NCBI GenBank assembly: GCA_016432325.1
Contig: CP066684.1
Span: 32,001 to 96,000, forward strand
Direction of reading: 5' to 3'
Source of the DNA: Candidatus Aenigmatarchaeota archaeon
Lineage (GTDB): Archaea > Aenigmatarchaeota > Aenigmatarchaeia > PWEA01 > JACQIF01
DNA length: 64,000 bases
Made by a program: the position numbers and the translations under genes
Notes under the pieces: generated by a model
Databases searched by the model: none
What the model was told of the DNA's origin: nothing
What the model saw: only the letters and a program-made list of their open reading frames with translations
Shown: in pieces, positions 26,888 through 35,087 of the stretch
Numbering within the stretch: position 1 is the first letter of the stretch
Layout: each line of letters starts with the position of its first letter

Positions 26888-27315
26888 TGCGTCGCTTCGT
26901 ACAGAACCACGGCCAGCGCGGCGACTTCCGAATGCGGCTGTTTCGTCACGGACACGTTCGCGTCGGCCAGCCCGTAGATTTCCCCCGGGACCTTCTCGCC
27001 GCCTACGACGATTAAGACGTTCTTCGCCTTCTTTATTTCGGCAATCTTCGTTTCAAACGGCTCTCCGTACATCGTCAGATGCACCTTCAAACCGTCAAAC
27101 CGTTCAACAACATTCCTCCAATCCTTTGCGTACGTCACGGAGAACTCGCCGCCGAACCCTTCTGACACCTTGCGCACCGATGACATCATCTTCTCGTCCT
27201 TGAGACCCGAGTAGACGACGGACGACGCGCCGAACGCTCGCGCCACGAGGCCGACGTGCGTGCTTATGCGCGAGTCACGGCCCGGACGGTGGCCGAGTCG
27301 CAAGACGGTTATCAT
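26884..27315 (-). CDS. trm56: tRNA (cytidine-56 2'-O)-methyltransferase
   Basis: VLRLGHR..RD.RISTHVGLVARAFGA, HLTMYG, VGGEKVP, QPHSEVAALA; 143 aa. Confidence 0.93.
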   Translation of the reverse strand: MITVLRLGHRPGRDSRISTHVGLVARAFGASSVVYSGLKDEKMMSSVRKVSEGFGGEFSVTYAKDWRNVVERFDGLKVHLTMYGEPFETKIAEIKKAKNVLIVVGGEKVPGEIYGLADANVSVTKQPHSEVAALAVVLYEATH

Positions 27316-27913
27316 TCGATCTAGCCTCCTTGTTTCTATAAACGACAAGAACGTCCTCCTCTGTTCCTCTGGCTCTTCGCGCCTTGTCGAACGGGCCTCT
27401 ACATATGGCTTCAAAAGGTTCCCCGTCATGAACAAACACATTCTCTACGTCATAACCTACCACGGTGACCGCGTGGCCAACGAATGTGCCTCGCGGAAGT
27501 ACACTGAGCATATCTGCGTCAATAGCCACGATGGGGACACTGTCCCGATTCGCGAAAGAAAGCACCTCGTCGAGACTCATTATTCTCTTTTCAATCTCTA
27601 TTTTGCGATCTTTCGCTAACCTAGCGAACTTCTGAATATCATGTGGCGGAAGTTCCTTATACCATTCCAAATCCAGATCATCGCGATTGAATTCGGAGTA
27701 TTTAGAGAGCAATCTCGGCGTGAACCCCATCTCGGCCGCCGCTATAGCTAGGCCTATCGTGTTGGTCAATTCGTCCGGTCCCATCTCGCCCGCGTTTCTG
27801 ATATAATTCTCGCTTACAATCTTCCCGAAATAAGCAGCAACCATCCTTAGCGCGTTTGAACCGCAATTCGATCCTCGTTCGTAGAAGGGAATGCTTAGCT
27901 TCATAGAGACCAT
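27275..27913 (-). CDS. C39-like papain-fold peptidase
   Basis: NCGSNALRM (Cys), GHAVTVVGYD (His), VHDG (Asp). Confidence 0.8.
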   Translation of the reverse strand: MVSMKLSIPFYERGSNCGSNALRMVAAYFGKIVSENYIRNAGEMGPDELTNTIGLAIAAAEMGFTPRLLSKYSEFNRDDLDLEWYKELPPHDIQKFARLAKDRKIEIEKRIMSLDEVLSFANRDSVPIVAIDADMLSVLPRGTFVGHAVTVVGYDVENVFVHDGEPFEAICRGPFDKARRARGTEEDVLVVYRNKEARSNDNRLATRPPSGP

Positions 27914-28016
27914 TTAAAGGATGGAAGTAACGTATTTAAATGTCGCACGTGACCAATAGCATACCAAATCTTCAATAGGTTGGATGTAACCGGAAGATTA
28001 CGTCTTGGTGGGTCGC

Positions 28017-28340
28017 ATGTCGTCTAAAGCGCGGATTAAGCTGACGGGAAGGGATGTGCAGAAGCTCGACGAGCTCTGCAAGCAGATAAAGGACATCGCC
28101 GAGAAGTTTGGAGTTTCTGTCAAAGGCCCTGTTCCCATGCCAACAAAGCGCTTGCGCATTCCCGTTCTTAAAACTCCCAACGGTTCCGGTACGGGCCATG
28201 GCAATGCTACGTGGGACCACTGGGAGATGCGCATCCACAAGCGTCTGCTCGACGTCGGTGCGGACCAGCGCACGCTGCGATACATAATGAAAATAGAAAT
28301 CCCGGAAGACGTGAACATCCAGATACAGCTGATTGAGTAG
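28017..28340 (+). CDS. rps10: 30S ribosomal protein uS10
   Basis: KARIKL, GPVPMPTK, TWDHWEMRIHKRL; GGTG SD before ATG 28017. Confidence 0.96.
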   Translation: MSSKARIKLTGRDVQKLDELCKQIKDIAEKFGVSVKGPVPMPTKRLRIPVLKTPNGSGTGHGNATWDHWEMRIHKRLLDVGADQRTLRYIMKIEIPEDVNIQIQLIE

Positions 28341-28381
28341 CACGTAACGGCCTATTTAACGTTTCTTCTCCAAGACTGCGC

Positions 28382-28732
28382 ATGGGCGTCCAAGTCGAGT
28401 TCAACACCGCTCTCGGCCTGAGAAATATTTCTGAATTCAAAATCAGCAGGAGAGTTCTGGAAGAGTGCATACCCGAGAGACTCGGCGCCGGAGAGACGTA
28501 CGCGTTCCTGAAAAAAGGCCAGAGAAACTACGCGATAGGAGACGAAATTCCTCTGGTCGAAACAGAAGGCGATAACAAGATATCACGGCCCCTCGCGAGC
28601 GTAGTAATCGAAGAGGCTGCGCACTTCCTAATCGACGGGAGCGTCCATACGAAAGGCACGTACAGGGTCGTCTCTGTATTCGATCCGAAGGACCCGGCCG
28701 TCCATTTCGAGGGCGTGAAGCGCGTACGATAA
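28382..28732 (+). CDS. hypothetical protein, DUF2584-like
   Basis: MG.QVEFN..L, FLKKGQR.Y, EIPLVET, TKGTY pattern. Confidence 0.6.
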   Translation: MGVQVEFNTALGLRNISEFKISRRVLEECIPERLGAGETYAFLKKGQRNYAIGDEIPLVETEGDNKISRPLASVVIEEAAHFLIDGSVHTKGTYRVVSVFDPKDPAVHFEGVKRVR

Positions 28733-28784
28733 ACCTATTTAACATCTCGTTTTGCATCTCAGCCTGAGCTGGCTTTCAAAGAAC

Positions 28785-28969
28785 GCTGGGGTAGCCAAGC
28801 TTGGTTTACGGCGCCAGACTGGAAACCACACTTTTGCGAAAAGTGTGGGCAAAAACGACGAGCAAAAAACGGAAATCTGGTGGGCGCAAGCCCGCGCGAG
28901 TTCAAGCGCCTTTTTGCCGCGGCAAAAACCCGCGGGAAAACGGCCGAACGAATCTCGTCCCCAGCGCCA
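28785..28969 (+). tRNA. tRNA-Ser(GGA) with two introns (37/38 at 28825-28874; T-loop 58/59 at 28906-28951); CCA encoded
   Basis: GCTGGGG/CCCCAGC+GCCA, anticodon stem CCAGA/TCTGG with CT-GGA-A, variable arm GGGCGCAAGCCC; BHB-like GTTC-AAG / GAAC-GAA at the T-loop intron. Confidence 0.92.
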
Positions 28970-29053
28970 TTCAATATAACCGAGCGCTGGTACGAAACCG
29001 CAGTTTCGGCTTCCAGCGCCACGTATTTATCCTTTTGCGTGCGTACAGGAGAC

Positions 29054-29554
29054 ATGACGCAGCAGCTCATTTTAAAGAACAAGGAGACGCGTCTTATAGA
29101 CGCGCTGGTCCATAGAACGGCGTTTATCGGCGGAACAGAACGGGAAAATGATGTCAACACTGCGACCATGGCCTTTGCACGAGAGTACCATCCAGTGCTG
29201 AGGCAGCACTCCGAGGGGATTGCTCACCGGGTAGGCGGAGACCTTCTGGCCCACGTCGATAGAGAACAGCCCATGGACCTGTTCGGGATTCAGTACGAAG
29301 TCAAGACCAAAGGCGGCCTTCTGGGTTATCCGAAACGTATCTCCGAGTCATCCTTCAATTACTGGTGGAACCCGGAGGACGCCGGCGTCGTAGTAGTCTG
29401 CGCGTACACCCCGGAAGCGGTGAGGAGAATCGGTTTTGAGGGTCTCAAAGACATCGAGGCGGATTTCGGGAAGAAGTTCCCGAAGGCGTACAGTAGCCCG
29501 GTAATTAAATCCGCGTTAAGGGTGAGCACTCATTTCCGCAAGGCGCCGAAGTAG
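29054..29554 (+). CDS. hypothetical protein
   Basis: ATG with AGGAG SD downstream of the tRNA; the longer track ORF runs through the tRNA. Confidence 0.6.
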   Translation: MTQQLILKNKETRLIDALVHRTAFIGGTERENDVNTATMAFAREYHPVLRQHSEGIAHRVGGDLLAHVDREQPMDLFGIQYEVKTKGGLLGYPKRISESSFNYWWNPEDAGVVVVCAYTPEAVRRIGFEGLKDIEADFGKKFPKAYSSPVIKSALRVSTHFRKAPK

Positions 29555-29574
29555 CCTTTATATAGTTTGTTTTC

Positions 29575-29841
29575 TCACGAGAGGACGTCTCTCAACGCTT
29601 ACAGAACGTTGTAAACCTTCTGTAAAACCGTACAGCTTTCGTGCAAACGCGCGAAAGAATGCCGCTGGTCTTACAGCGCGCTGTAAGACAGCAAACGAAA
29701 GTTTGCTAATTCTACGTGACGAGCCCGAAAAAGGCGTTTAAATAGGCTTCGGACAAGGTAAACCCAGCAGAGTTTGCGGTTGCAAACTTGGTGATACGCC
29801 TTGATGGACCTATTTCAGGTCGTTAATAGGGTGAATAGAAA
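29575..29841 (+). ncRNA. candidate structured RNA or long 5' leader of the rpl3 operon
   Basis: TTTATATA box at 29557; at least 7 hairpins incl. 22-nt palindrome 29668-29689 and GAAA-tetraloop stem 29690-29707. Confidence 0.55.
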
Positions 29842-30825
29842 ATGCCGAAAGTACACAGACCACGCAGAGGTTCGCTCCAGTATTGGCCTCGCAAGAGAGC
29901 CGCACGCATCCATCCTAACGTTTCCATAGATTCTGCGAAAGTCACGGTCGAAGGCACTCGTCCTCTCGCTTTTGCGGCTTACAAGGCCGGCATGACCCAT
30001 CTCATCGCGGTCGACGCGGTGAAGGGGTCGCCGAGCTTCAACCAGCCCATCGCCGTGCCGGTCTCTGTTCTCGACGCCCCTCCTCTTCTCGTTCTCGGTT
30101 TCCGTTGTTACGCCGCCTCCGGACGCTCTTCTGTCGCATCGTTTGACGTCTATGCGGACGGCGTTCCGAAAGAACTGCGCGTCAGTCTCAAGTCGAAGCA
30201 CAAGGCGGCCGACGTGGAAAAGAACAAGAACGTCGACAACGTGAGGCTCATCGTATCCACGCAGCCGACGAAGAGCGGAATCGCGAAGAAGACCCCTGAA
30301 ATATTCGAAGTCGACATAGGAGGCAAACTCGGCGAAAAGATAAAGTACGCCAGCGAAAAGCTCGGCAAGGAGATAACGGTCGGCGAGGTTTTCAACGAGG
30401 GACAGTTCATCGACGTCACTGCGATAACGAAGGGCAAGGGTTTCCAGGGAGTTGTCAAGCGCTTCGGCATCCGCGTCCGCGGCCGCAAGGACGAGCAGGG
30501 CCACAGGAAGATAGGCATCCACGGCCCTGAGCGCATGGGACGCATACTCTACAGCGTTCCGATGGCAGGACAGCTTGGGTTCTTCAGGCGCACCGAACAC
30601 AACAAGCAGATATTCAGGATATCAAGCGACGGCTTCTCTCCGAAAGGCGGCTTCGTCGGCTACGGCGCGGTCCCCAAAACAATGATATTCCTCAAAGGCT
30701 CCATTCCGGGCTCCAAGAAGAGGCTAGTCGTTCTGCGCGCCCCTCTCAGGGCCTCATCGAAAGGATACCCGATCGCAATACAGGAAGTCAGCGTTGCGAG
30801 CCAGCAGGGCATGAAGACTCGGTGA
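29842..30825 (+). CDS. rpl3: 50S ribosomal protein uL3
   Basis: RPRRGSL..PRKRA, YKAGMTH, TKGKGFQGVVKRFG. Confidence 0.97.
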   Translation: MPKVHRPRRGSLQYWPRKRAARIHPNVSIDSAKVTVEGTRPLAFAAYKAGMTHLIAVDAVKGSPSFNQPIAVPVSVLDAPPLLVLGFRCYAASGRSSVASFDVYADGVPKELRVSLKSKHKAADVEKNKNVDNVRLIVSTQPTKSGIAKKTPEIFEVDIGGKLGEKIKYASEKLGKEITVGEVFNEGQFIDVTAITKGKGFQGVVKRFGIRVRGRKDEQGHRKIGIHGPERMGRILYSVPMAGQLGFFRRTEHNKQIFRISSDGFSPKGGFVGYGAVPKTMIFLKGSIPGSKKRLVVLRAPLRASSKGYPIAIQEVSVASQQGMKTR

Positions 30826-30829
30826 TTGA

Positions 30830-31630
30830 ATGGCGGATGTTCACGGACTCGACGGGAAGAAAACGGGCACGATCGAATTGCCCAAGGTCTTCCAGACGCC
30901 GTACAGGCCGGACCTGATAGCGCGCGCCGTGCTGGCGTACCAGTCCGCGCGCAGGCAGGCGTACGGCACGGACCCGAAGGCAGGCATGCGCTCAAGCGCC
31001 CACTACCACGGTTACAGGAAGTTCCGCCCTGAAGTTGTGATGATGAACAGGGAGATGGCCCGTCTGCCGCGCATCCACGGCGACGCGCCGGCGCACCTCG
31101 GAATGCGCGCGCGTCTCGTTTCAGGAGCAGTCGGCGGTCGCACGGTCCACGGCCCCCGCTCGGCGCGGATCTGGACACAGAAGCTGAACGTACGCGAGCG
31201 CATAGCCGCGATAAGGAGCGCGATAGCAGCCACAACGCGGGCCGACCTGGTGGCGGCGAGACGCCACGCATATACGGGCAGCGTTCCTCTGGTCGTTGCA
31301 GACGACATCCAGAACGTCAAGAAGACCAAGGAGCTCGTCAAGACTCTGCTCGCCTTGGGACTCGAAAAAGAAATAGAACGCACTTCGGAGAAGCGCGTGA
31401 GAGCCGGCCGCGGCAAGATGCGCGGCCGCAGGTACAAGGTCAGGAAGGGACCGTTGCTCGTCGTTTCAAAAGACGGCGGAATCGTCAAAGCCGCCGCAGG
31501 CGTGCTGGGCATGGACGTGGCTCACGTTCGCGGTCTTAACGCCGAGCTTCTGGCTCCGGGAACGCAGAGCGGACGATTGACCATCTGGAGCAAGTCGGCG
31601 GTCGAAGAGATTGGAAAAAAATACGCGTGA
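30830..31630 (+). CDS. rpl4: 50S ribosomal protein uL4
   Basis: RPDLIARAV, RAGRGKMRGRRY, LLAPG..GRLTIWS. Confidence 0.97.
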   Translation: MADVHGLDGKKTGTIELPKVFQTPYRPDLIARAVLAYQSARRQAYGTDPKAGMRSSAHYHGYRKFRPEVVMMNREMARLPRIHGDAPAHLGMRARLVSGAVGGRTVHGPRSARIWTQKLNVRERIAAIRSAIAATTRADLVAARRHAYTGSVPLVVADDIQNVKKTKELVKTLLALGLEKEIERTSEKRVRAGRGKMRGRRYKVRKGPLLVVSKDGGIVKAAAGVLGMDVAHVRGLNAELLAPGTQSGRLTIWSKSAVEEIGKKYA

Positions 31631-31635
31631 TTGTT

Positions 31636-32010
31636 ATGAGTGAAGAAAAGACGGTCAAGACGGCGACAAAAGCGGTAAAAAAGGCCGCTCCGAAGAAAGA
31701 CGCAAAGGTGAAACCGAAGGCCGGAGCGCGCACGGACGCCGTTCCCACGGTAGACCCGTGGACGATACTGCAGTATCCCCATCTGACAGAAAAAAGCCTC
31801 GGAATGGTCGACAGCAGGAATACGCTTGTGTTCGTCGTCGATCCGCGCGTGACGAAGCGACAGGTCAGGTGGGCAGTCGAGCGCGCATTCGGTGTGCGTG
31901 TCGTCTCGGTCAACACTCTGAACGACATGATGAACAGGAAGCGCGCGTTTGTCAAACTCGCCAAGGAGAACAGCGCGCTTGACATCGCGACAAGATTGGG
32001 AATGGTGTAG
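31636..32010 (+). CDS. rpl23: 50S ribosomal protein uL23 with Lys/Ala-rich N-terminal extension
   Basis: TEKS..NTLVFVVD..VNTL..KRAFVKL..ALDIATRLG. Confidence 0.95.
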   Translation: MSEEKTVKTATKAVKKAAPKKDAKVKPKAGARTDAVPTVDPWTILQYPHLTEKSLGMVDSRNTLVFVVDPRVTKRQVRWAVERAFGVRVVSVNTLNDMMNRKRAFVKLAKENSALDIATRLGMV

Positions 32011-32013
32011 TAA

Positions 32014-32697
32014 ATGGGAAAGGTCATTCGTGCACAGAAGAAGGGCAAGTCGCCGAAGTACTGGGCGCCTTCGCACAGGCATCCGGGCCTGCCCAAGTAC
32101 ATCGAAGGAACGCTCGTCGTGAAAGACATAATCCACGGGGTCGCGCGCAACACGCCTCTGCTCAGGGTTCAGGGCGCGAACGCGTCGGCGCTGATGATAG
32201 CGTCGGAAGGCGTCGCGACAGGGGACACCGTCTCTGTAGGCGCAGGGGAGACCAAGCCCGGGAACGTCCTTCCTCTCGCGCAGATACCGGAAGGCGTTCC
32301 GATATTCAACATCGAGGCCCAGCCAGGCGACAACGGCGCTTACGCGCGCAGCGGCGGTTCATTCGCATTCATAGTTTCCAAGAGCGCGGGGGTTGTCGTT
32401 CGTCTCCCGTCCAAGAAGACACGCACGTTCAATCCGTCGTGCCGCGCAACGATCGGAACGCCGGCAGGAGCCGGACGCAAGGACAAGCCCTTCGTGAGCG
32501 CAGGCGCGCGCTTCCACTATATGAAGGCCCGCGGCAAGGCGTACCCTGTCGTGAGCGGCGACAAGATGAACGCGGTGGACCACCCGTTCGGCGGCCGAAC
32601 CAAGAAGGGAATCCCGAAGACCGTGTCGCGCAACGCGCCTCCTGGCGCGAAGGTCGGCTCGATAGCCGCGAGCCGCACGGGACGCAGGAAGAAGTGA
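32014..32697 (+). CDS. rpl2: 50S ribosomal protein uL2
   Basis: MGKVIRAQ, MNAVDHPFGG, APPGAKVGSIAASRTG. Confidence 0.97.
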   Translation: MGKVIRAQKKGKSPKYWAPSHRHPGLPKYIEGTLVVKDIIHGVARNTPLLRVQGANASALMIASEGVATGDTVSVGAGETKPGNVLPLAQIPEGVPIFNIEAQPGDNGAYARSGGSFAFIVSKSAGVVVRLPSKKTRTFNPSCRATIGTPAGAGRKDKPFVSAGARFHYMKARGKAYPVVSGDKMNAVDHPFGGRTKKGIPKTVSRNAPPGAKVGSIAASRTGRRKK

Positions 32698-32703
32698 TGA
32701 GAG

Positions 32704-32898
32704 ATGCCAATTTACACAGTTAAGATAACCGCGGAGTGCGAGACGGTATACGAGTTGCGCGACGAAGAAATTGATATCGTTGGCGGTTGGGGCATGGACG
32801 CCGAATCTGCCGAGAGTCTCGTAAAGAGGTTGGGGAAGGTTGCGCGAGAGGGGCTGCCCGGGACTACAGGTCCGACAGACATGCATTACGAAATATGA
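32704..32898 (+). CDS. hypothetical 64-aa protein inserted between rpl2 and rps19
   Basis: ATG ORF exactly filling the gap. Confidence 0.6.
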   Translation: MPIYTVKITAECETVYELRDEEIDIVGGWGMDAESAESLVKRLGKVAREGLPGTTGPTDMHYEI

Positions 32899-32909
32899 GT
32901 TGACGACGA

Positions 32910-33287
32910 ATGGCAAAAGAATATCTCTATCGCGGGCGCACGGTTGAAGATTTGAAGAAGCTGAGCCTCGAGGAGTTTGTGACGCTGCTGCCGTCCCGCG
33001 CGCGACGCTCTTTAAAGCGCGGCCTGTCCGACGACCAGAAAACTCTGCTCAAGGACATTCGCGCAAACGCGAGCGTGAAAACGCACGTGCGCGATCTCGT
33101 GATACTGCCCGAGATGGTCGGGAAGAAAATATCGGTGTACAACGGGAAGGAGTTCGTCTCATTCGACGTGATACCGCAGATGATAGGCTTCAGGCTCGGG
33201 GATTTCGCGATAACGATAAAGGAAGTCAAACACTCTTCGCCGGGCATGGGCGCCACGCGTTCGTCCAAGTTCGTGCCGTTGAAGTAA
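32910..33287 (+). CDS. rps19: 30S ribosomal protein uS19
   Basis: KTHVRDLVILPEMVG, GATRSSKFVPLK. Confidence 0.97.
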   Translation: MAKEYLYRGRTVEDLKKLSLEEFVTLLPSRARRSLKRGLSDDQKTLLKDIRANASVKTHVRDLVILPEMVGKKISVYNGKEFVSFDVIPQMIGFRLGDFAITIKEVKHSSPGMGATRSSKFVPLK

Positions 33288-33288
33288 G

Positions 33289-33855
33289 GTGGTTCGTATT
33301 GTAGGATATCCGGTTCAGATAGGGGAAAGGGAAGCGAAGGCCGCGATAGTCTACGCTCCTGTCTCGACCAGAAACTCGCGGGCCGTGTGCAGGCGCATCA
33401 ACGGGATGCCCCTCGAAGCCGCAAAGAAGTATCTGGGAAGCCTGCTCGATGAAAGCGCGAACATAAACGGCCGCCACCACACGTTCGCGGCCGAACAGAT
33501 ACTCGTGCTGCTCGAGAGCGCGCAGAAGAACGCCGAGTTCAGGGGGCTCGGCAAGACGCGCATCCGCACGATAATCGCGGAAGAGGCGCGCCGCATGATA
33601 CGCCGCAAGCGCAAGGGCGGCCGGCAGTTCAAGCTCACGCATCTCAAGGTCGTGCTCCAGGAGGTAGAGAAGCCGAAGGAAGGCGCCAAGAAAGGCCCCA
33701 AGGCAATGGAGACAGCGACCGAAAAGAAAGCAGGCGACGCGGCTGCGGACAAGAAATCAGAAGAGACGGTCGAAAAGCAGACAGGCGAAGAAAAAACAGA
33801 GAAGACCGAACACGCGAAGGAAAAGAAACACGAAAAACACGAACACGCTCACTAG
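33289..33855 (+). CDS. rpl22: 50S ribosomal protein uL22 with charged C-terminal tail (non-ATG start)
   Basis: Operon position; VCRRINGM, LLESAQKNAEFRGL, THLKVVL. Confidence 0.9.
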   Translation: MVRIVGYPVQIGEREAKAAIVYAPVSTRNSRAVCRRINGMPLEAAKKYLGSLLDESANINGRHHTFAAEQILVLLESAQKNAEFRGLGKTRIRTIIAEEARRMIRRKRKGGRQFKLTHLKVVLQEVEKPKEGAKKGPKAMETATEKKAGDAAADKKSEETVEKQTGEEKTEKTEHAKEKKHEKHEHAH

Positions 33856-33865
33856 GTGTGACGAT

Positions 33866-34801
33866 ATGGCAAGCATCAAAAAGACATTCGTGAACAAGGG
33901 CATAAGGAAACTGACGATAGAGGAGTACCTCAGGAACAGCTTCCAGAAGGCGGGTTACTCGCACTCGGACATCAGGCGCACGCCTTTGGGGATGCAGATA
34001 ACCGTTCACGCCGACCGCGTGGGCCTCATAATCGGCAGGGGAGGCCAGACCATAAACGCGATGACCGAGAAACTTGAAAAGGATTACGGGCTCGAGAACC
34101 CGAGGCTCAACGTGGAAGAGATAGGCAAGCCGTTCCTCAACGCGAAAATCGTCGCCGAGGAGATAAAGAACGCGGTGGAGAAAAAGGTCAACCACCGCAA
34201 GATTTGCAACATCATGATGCAGAGAATACTTGCAGCCGGCGCAGTCGGATGCCAGATACGCATAAGCGGTCGCATAGGAGGCGCCAAGTCGCGCAGGGAC
34301 AAGTTCAACATCGGTTACCTGAAGCACTCCGGGCAGTATGCGAAGGATCTCGTGGACACGGCCACGGTGGAAGCGCAGACGAAGCTCTCTTCGATAGGCA
34401 TCAAGGTCAAGATAATGAGATCGAAGCCGGAGGCGGACATAGCGTCGCTGCGCGCAATCATGGAGAAGAGACCCGAGGCGGCGCAGGCCGTTCAGCTCAG
34501 ATGCCCTGTCTGCAGCAAGGATTACGACAACGAACGTTCGCTCAAGATACATATCGGTCAGAGACACCCGGAGGCGCAGGCGCCTGTCGCATCCGCGCAG
34601 GCGGACGCGTCGCCGCCTCAGGAAGACACCAAAGTCGCGCAGCTGCTCGAAGGCAACGTCTCAGACGTCAGGAAGAAGATAGAAGATGCCAGAAGGCCGG
34701 ACGTCAAACTGCTGCTCAGGTCCGAAAAGGAAGGCAAGAACAGGAAAGGAGTCGTCGAGTATCTGGAGAGACGCGTTGCGGAGAAGGAGGCGAAATCGTA
34801 A
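33866..34801 (+). CDS. rps3: 30S ribosomal protein uS3 fused to a C2H2 zinc finger and helical C-terminal domain
   Basis: KH GLIIGRGG, GYLKHSG, GIKVKIM; then CPVC-x12-H-x4-H. Confidence 0.95.
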   Translation: MASIKKTFVNKGIRKLTIEEYLRNSFQKAGYSHSDIRRTPLGMQITVHADRVGLIIGRGGQTINAMTEKLEKDYGLENPRLNVEEIGKPFLNAKIVAEEIKNAVEKKVNHRKICNIMMQRILAAGAVGCQIRISGRIGGAKSRRDKFNIGYLKHSGQYAKDLVDTATVEAQTKLSSIGIKVKIMRSKPEADIASLRAIMEKRPEAAQAVQLRCPVCSKDYDNERSLKIHIGQRHPEAQAPVASAQADASPPQEDTKVAQLLEGNVSDVRKKIEDARRPDVKLLLRSEKEGKNRKGVVEYLERRVAEKEAKS

Positions 34802-35037
34802 TGAGCATCATACGCGCGAAGGAGATGAGGTCGATGGAAGAGCGGGAACTTCGCAAGCGCGTCGACGAGTTGAGACTCGAGCTTACGAAATCGCAGGCTC
34901 AGGTGGCCATAGGCGGCGCGCCGCCGAATCCGGGCAGGATAGGGGAGATAAAGAGAACAATCGCACGCGCGTTGACGATAAGGAGGGAGCGCGCATCAAA
35001 GTCACAATCGCAGAAACCCGCAAAACGAGGTGCATGA
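34801..35037 (+). CDS. rpl29: 50S ribosomal protein uL29
   Basis: MSIIRAKEMR..ELRLEL..NPGRIGEIKRTIARALT. Confidence 0.95.
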   Translation: MSIIRAKEMRSMEERELRKRVDELRLELTKSQAQVAIGGAPPNPGRIGEIKRTIARALTIRRERASKSQSQKPAKRGA

Positions 35038-35081
35038 AACATGGTTTCATACCTCCTCGCTTCGAAAAAATCCAGAGGTGA
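35034..35081 (+). promoter_or_regulatory. two-hairpin leader plus 15-codon uORF (MKHGFIPPRFEKIQR) before aIF1
   Basis: ATGAAAC-atg-GTTTCAT then ACCTC..GAGGT stem pairing the SD; ATGA overlap with rpl29 stop. Confidence 0.6.
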
Positions 35082-35087
35082 CAAGAA

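Noticed and set aside
28880-29053. N-terminal part of the 224-aa ORF
   Set aside because: Overlaps the tRNA-Ser(GGA) gene; an ATG with SD exists at 29054.
29575-29841. RNase P RNA or SRP RNA
   Set aside because: GAGGACGTC only loosely resembles the P4 5' strand; no matching 3' P4 strand or SRP helix-8 motif found by eye.
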